DNA from: an uncultured bacterium
GTDB lineage: Bacteria; Caldisericota; Caldisericia; B22-G15
DNA length: 35,015 bases
Direction of reading: 5' to 3'
Assembly: GCA_965612865.1 (NCBI GenBank)
Contig: CBFDTJ010000009.1
Span: 1 to 35,015, forward strand
Part shown: positions 1-8,797 of the stretch, one piece after another
How positions within the stretch are numbered: position 1 is the first letter of the stretch
Layout of the letters: every line of letters starts with the position of its first letter
Translations under genes and position numbers: made by a program
Notes under the pieces: model-generated
The model's database searches: none
What the model was told of the DNA's origin: nothing
What the model saw: only the letters and a program-made list of their open reading frames with translations

Positions 1-1
1 G

Positions 2-937
2 TATGGATTTCCAAAGTACCATGATTTCGATCCAACACCATACTTTACTCCACTGTTTATCCTCTTCTTTTCTTTGTGCTTTGGAGATGTAATTTATGGT
101 TCTCTTCTACTTTTGGGCTCCTATCTTTTCATAAAGTTATTTAAGATTCACGAAAAGGATAGAGGTTTCTTCTACTTCTTTATGATTCTTGGTTTTTTCT
201 CCATAATAGTTGGAGTTCTTACAAATTCATGGGCTGGTGATCTCCTCTCCTTCCCTCAACTTGCAGTAATCGACATAATAGGAGACGAAAATGGTCTTTT
301 AAAGATGCTTATATTTGCTCTGGCAGTAGGATTCATAAGTCAGCTATTTGGGATTTTCTTGAAAGGTTTAAACAATATAAGACATGGTAAGTTACTCGAT
401 GCAATCTTTGATCAGTTCTCGTGGATTTCAGCTCTCTCTGGAATTGGGGTTTATATCCTTGGTTCTACATTCAAATCACCCGCTCTTCTAAATGTAGGTA
501 AGTTCATGATAATAGGCGGAGTTATCATAATTGTTCTAACGGGAGGGAGAGAATCAAAATCAATATTTGGAAAGGTTATTGGTGGAGTTGTATCTCTTTA
601 CGGTATAGTTAGTAGCTATGGTTTCTCTGCAGCTCTTGCAGATATTCTGTCCTATTCGAGACTGCTTGCTCTTGGTTTTTCAACTACAGTTCTTGGCATC
701 ATTATGAATACAATGGCGAGAATGTTTGGTAAGGGAATTATGCTCTTTATTCTTGCACCTTTGATACTCCTTGCAGGACATGGATTAAATTTCTTTATGG
801 GGATTCTTGGAGCTTTTGTTCACCCAACAAGACTTATATTCTTAGAATTCTTTGGTAGATTTTATGAGAATGGAGGAAAAAGGTTTAAACCATTTAAGTT
901 TTCAAGTGAAAAAATTATTCTTAAAAAGATTGATTAA
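2..937 (+). CDS. atpI: V/A-type ATP synthase subunit I (a), 5'-truncated by the window edge
   Basis: Frame is open from position 2 (YGFPKYHDFDPTP, the YGxPxYxxxDPT motif). Contains ADILSYSRLLAL and HPTRLIFLEFFGRFY..GGKRFKPF. Heads the V-ATPase gene run. Confidence 0.95.
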   Translation, partial: YGFPKYHDFDPTPYFTPLFILFFSLCFGDVIYGSLLLLGSYLFIKLFKIHEKDRGFFYFFMILGFFSIIVGVLTNSWAGDLLSFPQLAVIDIIGDENGLLKMLIFALAVGFISQLFGIFLKGLNNIRHGKLLDAIFDQFSWISALSGIGVYILGSTFKSPALLNVGKFMIIGGVIIIVLTGGRESKSIFGKVIGGVVSLYGIVSSYGFSAALADILSYSRLLALGFSTTVLGIIMNTMARMFGKGIMLFILAPLILLAGHGLNFFMGILGAFVHPTRLIFLEFFGRFYENGGKRFKPFKFSSEKIILKKID

Positions 938-952
938 GAAAGGAGTGGTAGA

Positions 953-1435
953 ATGGAAAACATGTTAGGTTTAGTATTTGCAATTATGGGAATGATGGCA
1001 GCGATTTCCCTTGGTGGCATAGGTTCGGCCATTGGTGTAGGTATTTCAACTACCCAGGCTACCGGGGTTTTATCAGAAAAACCAGAACTTTACGGGAAAT
1101 TATTTGTTATAATGGCACTTCCTGGTACACAGGGTTTCTACGGTTTTATAGAATTCTTCTGGATTATGACGAGATTGAGACTATTTTCTGGAATCCCTCA
1201 GATTTCCTACAGCCTTGGACTTCAACTCTTTACCATTGGTTTTGTAATGGGTATTGTTCAGCTATTCTCAGCAATACATCAGGGTAAGGTATCTGCAGGA
1301 AGCATCAATCTTGTTGCTGAAAGGGAAGAGGAGGCGGGTAGAGCAATAATTCTCCCGAGCCTTGTTGAAATTTATGCAGTTCTTGCTCTTATAGCTTCAA
1401 TCCTTATAACAAATATAGTAACTGCAGGACTATGA
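953..1435 (+). CDS. atpK: V/A-type ATP synthase subunit K (c), four-helix proteolipid
   Basis: 160 aa, hydrophobic; LPGTQGFYG, SAIHQG and VEIYA motifs; SD aaggag upstream. Confidence 0.95.
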   Translation: MENMLGLVFAIMGMMAAISLGGIGSAIGVGISTTQATGVLSEKPELYGKLFVIMALPGTQGFYGFIEFFWIMTRLRLFSGIPQISYSLGLQLFTIGFVMGIVQLFSAIHQGKVSAGSINLVAEREEEAGRAIILPSLVEIYAVLALIASILITNIVTAGL

Positions 1436-2025
1436 AAATAGAAAGAATAGTTGAAGAAATAAGGAAAGAAACAGAAGAGGAGATAAAAAAGATCCTTCTT
1501 TCATCTCAAAAGGAGATAGAGCTAATTGAAAAGGAAACAAAGGAAGAATTAGAACAGATTGAAGAGAAGTGGAATAAAATAAAAGCAAAGGAGCTTTCTT
1601 CTTTGAAAGAGAAAAACAAGAGTGAAATTGAAAAAGAAGTGGAAGCTCTAATACTTAAGAAAAAGAATGAAATTCTTAAAGACTTTAAAGAGTATGCCAA
1701 GGAAAAGCTAAAGCAGGAGAACGAAGAAACGCTGAAGGAATTCTTTTTAAAGGAGATAGAGATAAGCTCTGAAACTGGTAGAGAGAAGATAGTTATAGGA
1801 AAAGATTTTAAAAGTCTTTTTGATGAGGAATTTAAAAGAAAAATAAGAGAAACTGTAGAGAAAAAATTGGGACAAGAGGAACTTAAATTTGAAATTGGCA
1901 ACGAAACTAAAGTTGTAGGAGATGGTTTTGTTGTAGTCATTTCTCCTTTAAGAAAGTTAGAAGAGAAATGGAAAGAACTTCTGGTTGAATTACAGAAAAT
2001 TCTATTTTTAGAGGAAGAGAAGTGA
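1432..2025 (+). CDS. atpE: V/A-type ATP synthase subunit E
   Basis: 197 aa with charged coiled-coil N-terminus; lies between K and C with 4-nt overlaps on both sides. Confidence 0.8.
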   Translation: MKIERIVEEIRKETEEEIKKILLSSQKEIELIEKETKEELEQIEEKWNKIKAKELSSLKEKNKSEIEKEVEALILKKKNEILKDFKEYAKEKLKQENEETLKEFFLKEIEISSETGREKIVIGKDFKSLFDEEFKRKIRETVEKKLGQEELKFEIGNETKVVGDGFVVVISPLRKLEEKWKELLVELQKILFLEEEK

Positions 2026-2939
2026 ATTTAAAAGGCTGGAACTACCTTTCAGGAAAATCAGTGGTTCTAATGAGCAAGATTTTAAAGATTGAGGTAATGA
2101 AGAATTTTCTTTCCAATACGCTTGATGAATTTGTTTCAAATCTAAGAAGAATATATGAGATGGGGGAGGAGTATAAAGATTTTAACGAAATAATAAACTA
2201 TGACTGGCGAAAGAATTTGAACCTAATAAAGACCAAATCACCTGAGGATTTTATTTTTAGCTACTTCCACACTTCTACTCTTTTTCTCTCCATAAGAGGT
2301 GTGTTGAGTGAAAAAGAGCTTACATTAACTACCGCAGATATATCGATAAGTGAAATAAGAAATTACATTTATAAAGGTGTAGGAAAACTACCTGAAGATA
2401 TAAAACTTATTCTAAAAGAGTTAAAGAAGTACATCCAGGATGAGAAAAAGACAGAAATCTTTCTTATAAGAAAGGAAGTGGAAAGAGAACTGGAATTTGC
2501 AGAGAGAGATGAGTTTTTGAAGAGATTTCTTGAAATCAAGGTAGATCTTACAAATATTGTAAACTTTATAAGACATAAAGCTTTGAAGGAATCAGATTTT
2601 TACTATATTCCACATGGGACAATAAAACCTTCAACCTTTGATTCTTTTGAAAAATCGTCATTAGAATCCTTTATTGATTTCTCTCTTAGAAAGTATCCAT
2701 CCTTTCAGGTTGAAAGAAAAATGGAAGATATGCTTCTCTCTTTAGGAAAGATAAAGGACGAGTATCTAATAAAATATTTGAAGAAAGCTCAAGGCGTTGG
2801 TTTTGGCCCCTCTCTTCCTTTTGCCTATATGAACTTAAAACTTATGGAGTATAAAAATTTAAGAACAGTTTATATCGGGATAAAATATAATCTCCCAGAG
2901 AGCATGGTTATTCGGAGGTTGAGAAACATAAATGGATAA
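2022..2939 (+). CDS. atpC: V/A-type ATP synthase subunit C (d)
   Basis: VDLTNI and EYKNLRTVYIG...RRLR C-terminal signature; operon position; GTG start. Confidence 0.85.
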   Translation: MNLKGWNYLSGKSVVLMSKILKIEVMKNFLSNTLDEFVSNLRRIYEMGEEYKDFNEIINYDWRKNLNLIKTKSPEDFIFSYFHTSTLFLSIRGVLSEKELTLTTADISISEIRNYIYKGVGKLPEDIKLILKELKKYIQDEKKTEIFLIRKEVERELEFAERDEFLKRFLEIKVDLTNIVNFIRHKALKESDFYYIPHGTIKPSTFDSFEKSSLESFIDFSLRKYPSFQVERKMEDMLLSLGKIKDEYLIKYLKKAQGVGFGPSLPFAYMNLKLMEYKNLRTVYIGIKYNLPESMVIRRLRNING

Positions 2940-3252
2940 AATATGTTTTTTTGGTGATGAATCAATAGGTTTGATACTTAAGGGTCTTGGGATAGACGCT
3001 TTCATTGATGAAAATATAGAAGAATCCTTTCAGGATGCCTATAGGAAAAATCTCTATTCTCTTATTATAGTTTCTGAGGATCTAAAGGATAGAATTTTAC
3101 CTGTATACCTTGAGATGAGAAAGGAATTCCTTCCGGTAGTCATATTTCTTCCCACAAAGGGAAGAAGAGAGGAAGTAAGTTTTAAATATATAAGAAGGAT
3201 GATAGAGAAAGCAGTTGGAGTGGATATCCTTAAAAAGGGAGAAGAAGAATGA
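2932..3252 (+). CDS. atpF: V/A-type ATP synthase subunit F
   Basis: 106 aa; GD..GLG at the N-terminus and IEKAVGVDI at the C-terminus. Confidence 0.92.
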   Translation: MDKICFFGDESIGLILKGLGIDAFIDENIEESFQDAYRKNLYSLIIVSEDLKDRILPVYLEMRKEFLPVVIFLPTKGRREEVSFKYIRRMIEKAVGVDILKKGEEE

Positions 3253-5024
3253 AGAAAGGAAGAATAATTAAAGTAGCAGGCCCTTTGGTTGTTGCTAAGG
3301 GACTTGAAGGTGTAAAAATGTATGAAGTGGTCCTTGCTGGAGAGCAGGGACTGCTTGGAGAAGTAATTCAGATAAAGAGTGGAATGGTGTTTATTCAGGT
3401 TTATGAGGAGACAGAAGGTGTTGGTCCTGGAGATCCAGTTGTCCCTACAGGAGCACCTCTTTCTGTGGAATTAGGACCGGGTCTTATTGGAGCTATCTTT
3501 GATGGTGTTCAGAGACCTTTAAGTGTTATAAATCTCAGACATGGACCATTTATTGTTAGAGGAGTTAAAGAGAAAGCTCTTCCAAGAGATAAAGAATGGG
3601 AGTTTGAGCCGCTTGTAAAAGAAGGAGATGAGGTGGTAGAAGGAGATGTATTAGGCACAGTCAAGGAAACAGAAATTATTGTTCACAAGATACTTGTTCC
3701 CCCTGGGGTGAGTGGGAAAGTAGAGAAAGTTTTTTCAGGAAAGAAAAAAATTGAAGATACAGTAATCGTCCTAAAAACTGAAGATGGTAAAAAAGAGATA
3801 TCAATGCTTACAAAATGGTCTGTAAGAATCCCAAGACCTGTTAAAAAGAAGCTTCCACCTGATATTCCTCTTGTAACAGGGCAAAGAGTTATTGATACAT
3901 TCTTTCCTATAGCTAAGGGGGGAACAGCGTGCATCCCTGGTCCTTTTGGTTCTGGTAAAACTGTTACTCAGCATCAGTTATCCAAGTGGGCCGATGCAGA
4001 GATAGTTGTATATGTTGGGTGTGGTGAGAGAGGGAACGAGATGACAGAGGTGCTTATTGAGTTTCCTGAACTTAGGGACCCAAGGACAGGACGTCCTCTT
4101 ATGGAGAGAACAATCCTTATAGCTAATACATCAAATATGCCTGTTGCTGCAAGAGAAGCATCAGTATTTACAGGCATAACCCTTGCTGAATATTTTAGAG
4201 ATATGGGTTATAATGTTGCACTCATGGCAGATTCTACTTCTCGTTGGGCAGAAGCAATGAGAGAAATATCAGGAAGACTTGAGGAAATGCCTGGTGAGGA
4301 GGGATACCCTGCATACCTTGCTTCAAGAATTGCACAATTCTATGAGAGAGCCGGAAGAGTTGTTAATCTTGGAAAAGATGATAGAATTTCATCCTTATCT
4401 GTAATTGGTGCAGTTTCACCTCCTGGTGGCGATCTTTCAGACCCTGTAGTCCAATCCACATTGAGAGTTGTAAAGGTATTCTGGGGACTTGATGATACAC
4501 TTGCATCAAGAAGACATTTTCCTGCAATAAATTGGCTAACGAGTTATTCACTTTACACAAAGGACCTTGATCCACACTATGAAGAAAAGGTGGATAAAGA
4601 GTTCCCTCCTTTAAGAGAAAAAGCAATGGAATTACTGGAAAGGGAAGCTGAACTCGAGGAGATTGTTAGACTTGTGGGAATAGATGCTTTATCAGCGAAA
4701 GATAGACTTGTCCTTGAAGGAGCAAAATCCATAAGAGAAGATTTTCTTCACCAGAATGCTTATCATGAAGTCGATACATACTCTTCATTAAAGAAACAAT
4801 ACTTAATGCTTAAACTTATCCTGTTTTTCTATGACAAAAGTGTAGAGGCTCTACAGAAAGGTGTAGAATTGGACAGCATTATTGAGCTTCCTGTAAGAGT
4901 GGATATAGCCAGAGCAAAATATATACCTGAGGAAGAGATGGATGAAAGATTTGATAAATTGATTGAAAAAGTTGAGGAGAGTTTCAGATCTCTAACTGAA
5001 GAGAAGGAGGTTGTTAATGGCTAA
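3249..5024 (+). CDS. atpA: V/A-type ATP synthase subunit A (catalytic)
   Basis: P-loop [30 protein letters not shown]; 591 aa, no intein. Confidence 0.98.
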   Translation: MKKGRIIKVAGPLVVAKGLEGVKMYEVVLAGEQGLLGEVIQIKSGMVFIQVYEETEGVGPGDPVVPTGAPLSVELGPGLIGAIFDGVQRPLSVINLRHGPFIVRGVKEKALPRDKEWEFEPLVKEGDEVVEGDVLGTVKETEIIVHKILVPPGVSGKVEKVFSGKKKIEDTVIVLKTEDGKKEISMLTKWSVRIPRPVKKKLPPDIPLVTGQRVIDTFFPIAKGGTACIPGPFGSGKTVTQHQLSKWADAEIVVYVGCGERGNEMTEVLIEFPELRDPRTGRPLMERTILIANTSNMPVAAREASVFTGITLAEYFRDMGYNVALMADSTSRWAEAMREISGRLEEMPGEEGYPAYLASRIAQFYERAGRVVNLGKDDRISSLSVIGAVSPPGGDLSDPVVQSTLRVVKVFWGLDDTLASRRHFPAINWLTSYSLYTKDLDPHYEEKVDKEFPPLREKAMELLEREAELEEIVRLVGIDALSAKDRLVLEGAKSIREDFLHQNAYHEVDTYSSLKKQYLMLKLILFFYDKSVEALQKGVELDSIIELPVRVDIARAKYIPEEEMDERFDKLIEKVEESFRSLTEEKEVVNG

Positions 5025-6414
5025 AGAGTATCTTACCACAAGTGAAATAGCAGGACCTCTAATGGTGGTTCAGGACATTAGTGGAGTAAAGTATGGGGAA
5101 CTTGTAGAAATAACACTTCCTTCCGGTGAAGAAAGAAGAGGAAAAGTTCTTGTTGCTGAAGAAAACAGAGCACTTTTGCAGCTATTTGAACCATCCTATG
5201 GACTTAACCCAAAAGAATGTAGAGTTAAGTTCACTGGAAGAGGACTTGAAGTTCCTGTATCAAAAGATATTCTTGGGAGAATATTTAATGGATTCGGTGA
5301 ACCTATAGATGGAGGACCTGACATTATTCCAGAGGACATGAGAGATATAAATGGAAATCCTATAAATCCATATGCAAGAGACTATCCAAACGAGTTTATT
5401 CAAACAGGTGTGTCAGCCATTGATGGTCTTAACACTCTGGTAAGAGGACAAAAACTGCCGATATTTTCTGGAGCAGGGCTTCCACATCCTCATCTTGCTG
5501 CTCAAATTGCAAGGCAGTCTAAAGTACTTAAGACAGGAGAAAAATTTGCAGTGGTTTTTGCTGCTATGGGTATCACCTTTGAAGAGGCAAATTTCTTCAT
5601 AACTGATTTAAAGAGAACAGGTGCAATAACAAAGGCAGTGCTCTTTATAAATCTTGCAAATAACCCGGTAATTGAGAGAATATCTCTTCCAAGAACAGCT
5701 CTTACAGTGGCAGAGTATCTTGCCTTTGACCTTGATATGCACGTACTTGTAATACTTTCAGATATGACAAACTACTGTGAGGCATTAAGAGAAATTTCTG
5801 CTGCAAGAAAGGAAGTTCCCGGAAGAAGAGGATATCCCGGATATATGTATACAGATCTTGCAACGATATACGAGAGAGCTGGAAGAATAAAAGGAAAGAA
5901 AGGATCTATAACTCAAATCCCTGTTGTAACAATGCCTGAAGATGATAAAACCCACCCGATACCTGATCTTACCGGATACATAACAGAGGGACAGATATTT
6001 CTTTCACGAGATCTTCATAAAAGAGGAATATATCCCCCAATTGACGTAAGACCGTCGCTTTCAAGACTTAAAGATAAAGGTATTGGAAAAGATAAAACAA
6101 GGGAAGACCATTCAGATCTTATGAATCAGTTATATGCAGCCTATGCGAGAGGAAAAGATGCCGAAGAACTTGCTACAATTCTTGGTGAGACTGCATTAAC
6201 ACCTGTTGATAGAATATTTGTAAAGTTTGCAAATAGATTTGAGAAAGAATTTATAAATCAGGGTGAGTATGAGAACAGAACTATTGAAGAAACACTGGAT
6301 ATAGGATGGAAGCTTCTATCCATGATCCCAATTCCTGAACTTAAGAGAGTAAGAGAAGAATACATAGAAAAGTATCTAAAGAGGTTTGTAGATGAAGATA
6401 AAAGCAAATCCTAA
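5017..6414 (+). CDS. atpB: V/A-type ATP synthase subunit B
   Basis: [40 protein letters not shown]. Start moved to ATG 5017, which follows SD aaggagg. Confidence 0.98.
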   Translation: MAKEYLTTSEIAGPLMVVQDISGVKYGELVEITLPSGEERRGKVLVAEENRALLQLFEPSYGLNPKECRVKFTGRGLEVPVSKDILGRIFNGFGEPIDGGPDIIPEDMRDINGNPINPYARDYPNEFIQTGVSAIDGLNTLVRGQKLPIFSGAGLPHPHLAAQIARQSKVLKTGEKFAVVFAAMGITFEEANFFITDLKRTGAITKAVLFINLANNPVIERISLPRTALTVAEYLAFDLDMHVLVILSDMTNYCEALREISAARKEVPGRRGYPGYMYTDLATIYERAGRIKGKKGSITQIPVVTMPEDDKTHPIPDLTGYITEGQIFLSRDLHKRGIYPPIDVRPSLSRLKDKGIGKDKTREDHSDLMNQLYAAYARGKDAEELATILGETALTPVDRIFVKFANRFEKEFINQGEYENRTIEETLDIGWKLLSMIPIPELKRVREEYIEKYLKRFVDEDKSKS

Positions 6415-7018
6415 TAGAATGGTTCTCCTCCGCCTAAAGCGGAGGCTTAATATTGCAAGAAGAGGTCACAAACTCCTGAAAGATAAGCTGGAAGGGATGA
6501 TGAAAGATTTTATAAAAACTGCTAAAGAGTTTAGAGAAGATACAGAAATTGTTGATAGAGAGTATTTAAGGATTGAAGGTCTTTTTGCTCTTGCAGAAAG
6601 TGAAATGGGGAAAGAAACGATAAAGCTTTTATCCAAAAAAAGAGCAGATATAAGGTTAAAGCACGAGAAGAAAAATATAATGGGAGTAGTTGTTCCAGAA
6701 TTCAAACTTGATATAAGAGGAAAAGTCTTTGACTATCCAGTTAACATAACTACACCTGAATATGATTTTGGGATTCAAGGTTTTATAAGCTTCTTACCAA
6801 AACTTATCTCTCTTGCAGAAAAGATTAAAGCACTTGAGGAGCTATCAAGAGATATAGAAAAGACAAGAAGGAGAGTTAATGCCCTTGAATACATAATGAT
6901 ACCGTCTCTTGAAGAGACTATAAAGTATATAACAAATAAACTTGATGAGCTGGAAAGAGAATCTCACGCAAGGATTTCAAGAATTAAGGAGATAATAAGA
7001 GGGGAGGAAAAAAGGTAA
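6392..7018 (+). CDS. atpD: V/A-type ATP synthase subunit D
   Basis: PNRM..L...RGHKLLKDK and [10 protein letters not shown] signatures. Confidence 0.97.
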   Translation: MKIKANPNRMVLLRLKRRLNIARRGHKLLKDKLEGMMKDFIKTAKEFREDTEIVDREYLRIEGLFALAESEMGKETIKLLSKKRADIRLKHEKKNIMGVVVPEFKLDIRGKVFDYPVNITTPEYDFGIQGFISFLPKLISLAEKIKALEELSRDIEKTRRRVNALEYIMIPSLEETIKYITNKLDELERESHARISRIKEIIRGEEKR

Positions 7019-7022
7019 AAAT

Positions 7023-7051
7023 AAAAAGGGAGGGCATTTGCCCTCCCTTTT
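7023..7051. terminator. Bidirectional intrinsic terminator between convergent atpD and the amidohydrolase gene
   Basis: AAAAAGGGAGGGCA-TT-TGCCCTCCCTTTT: perfect inverted repeat with an A tract on one side and a T tract on the other. Confidence 0.9.
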
Positions 7052-7070
7052 AAATTCAGTCTTTAAAAAT

Positions 7071-8282
7071 CTAACCTCTGAATTTTTCTTTATCTACAAG
7101 CTTTCCATGACTTATGATGTATTCTGGTTCATCATGGTTTCTTAAGGCTTCAAGAACATTCTCCTCTTTTAGAACAACGAGATGTGCGTCATTTCCTTCT
7201 TTTAAACCAAAGTTTTTAATCCCCATAGCTTCCGCAGCGTCAACTGTTATCATATCATAGAGTTTTTCCATATCTTCACTGGTTGTCATCCAGAGTATAT
7301 GAGATGAAAGGAACGCTACTTCCAGCATGTTATTTCTACCGTAAGGATAGTAAGCATCTGATATATCATCCTGACCAAGAGCTACAAGAGCACCCTCTTC
7401 TATCATTTCTTTAACTCTTGCATGAAGAGGTCCTGTGTGGGGATCGCTTATAACACCCATCTTTGCCTTCTTTAGAATGGCAACGAGTTTCATAAAGTAT
7501 GGTTTTGGATATAAAGCCATTGCTCTTGCATGATGAGCAAGAACCCTTCCTTCCCACCCCTCTTTTATTGCTTTTAAGGCTAACATTTCCAGTGTTCTTA
7601 ATCCAGGATCACCGGCATCATCTACAAGCATAGATACAGGTTTATCAAATTCTTTAGCGATTTCAAACATTTTGTCAATATGTTCCTGTTCATCTTCCTC
7701 AGTGAATTCAATCCATGGAATTCCACCAACTACATCTGCACCCAATTTCATTGCTTCTCTCACAAGCTCATAGGCTCCAGGTTCCCTTACCACTCCATCC
7801 TGTGGAAAGGCTACCACTTCCACATCAACAATTCCTTTAAACTCGTCTCTTGCTTTAATAAGTGCTTTTATTCCCTCAAGTTTTGCTTTATTATCTACAT
7901 CAGCAAATGCTCTTATATGAGTAACACCATTTAATGCTGCCATCCTAAGAGCCTTTCTTACATTTGGAAGTATCCACTTTTCGTCATACTTTTCCTTTAT
8001 CTTGGCTGCAAGTTCTATGGCTGTCATGGCTTTGCCCATATCTTCTCCATGATAATCCTTTAGAGCCTCTTCTGTCATCATCATCAGGGTATAAACCTTA
8101 CACAGGTGAAGATGAGCATTTACAAATGATTCAGTTACAAGTTTTCCTTTTGCATCAATTTCTGTAGAACCCTTTTCATCAATCTTTTCTCTTATGGTTT
8201 TGATTTTTCCGTCAAGAATTCCAATGTCAACAAGACCTTTAAGTTTTCTTGTTTTCGCGTTTCTAATTACTATATCATACAT
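7071..8282 (-). CDS. Cytosine deaminase (CodA)-like amidohydrolase, substrate unknown
   Basis: HLH metal motif, AFPQDG, DVVGGIP, GQDD..D.YYPYG; 403 aa; SD ggagg. Confidence 0.85.
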   Translation of the reverse strand: MYDIVIRNAKTRKLKGLVDIGILDGKIKTIREKIDEKGSTEIDAKGKLVTESFVNAHLHLCKVYTLMMMTEEALKDYHGEDMGKAMTAIELAAKIKEKYDEKWILPNVRKALRMAALNGVTHIRAFADVDNKAKLEGIKALIKARDEFKGIVDVEVVAFPQDGVVREPGAYELVREAMKLGADVVGGIPWIEFTEEDEQEHIDKMFEIAKEFDKPVSMLVDDAGDPGLRTLEMLALKAIKEGWEGRVLAHHARAMALYPKPYFMKLVAILKKAKMGVISDPHTGPLHARVKEMIEEGALVALGQDDISDAYYPYGRNNMLEVAFLSSHILWMTTSEDMEKLYDMITVDAAEAMGIKNFGLKEGNDAHLVVLKEENVLEALRNHDEPEYIISHGKLVDKEKFRG

Positions 8283-8297
8283 AAGAACCTCCTTTTA

Positions 8298-8783
8298 TTA
8301 TTTAAATACCTTCCCTTCCTTCAAATATTTTTGAGCAAGTTTTGCTCCTTCAAGGATGGTCTCATATCCAGTACACCTACAGAGGTGATTTTTGAGAGCC
8401 TTAAGTATCTCTTCCTCAGTAGCATCTATGTTTTTGTTAAACAGGGCATAAAGCTCCAGTATAATAGCAGGACTACAGAAACCGCACTGAACTGCACCAG
8501 CGTCTATAAGAGCCTGTTGAATTGGGTGGAGTTTTTTACCATCAGTTAATCCTTCAATGGTGATTACCTCTGCCCCTTCCAGTTTTTTGGCTGAGTATAT
8601 ACAACTTTTTACAGCCTCTCCATTTACTACTACAACACATGCACCGCATGTGGCATCATCACAACCTCTTTTCGCACCTGTAAGACTAAGGTAATCTCTC
8701 AGTATATCCAGAAGTTTTTCCCATCCTTCTATCTCCACACTTACAGGTTTTCCATTTACTGTGAAGTTAATCTTCTCTCCCAT
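8298..8783 (-). CDS. 2x[2Fe-2S] small subunit of a xanthine dehydrogenase/CoxS-family molybdenum hydroxylase
   Basis: GCDDATCGAC...SC and QCGFC...CRCTGY cysteine motifs. Confidence 0.95.
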   Translation of the reverse strand: MGEKINFTVNGKPVSVEIEGWEKLLDILRDYLSLTGAKRGCDDATCGACVVVVNGEAVKSCIYSAKKLEGAEVITIEGLTDGKKLHPIQQALIDAGAVQCGFCSPAIILELYALFNKNIDATEEEILKALKNHLCRCTGYETILEGAKLAQKYLKEGKVFK

Positions 8784-8797
8784 TTGTATTCCTCCTA

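Noticed and set aside
3249..5024. Intein in ATPase subunit A
   Set aside because: Normal length and an uninterrupted GCGERGNE motif.
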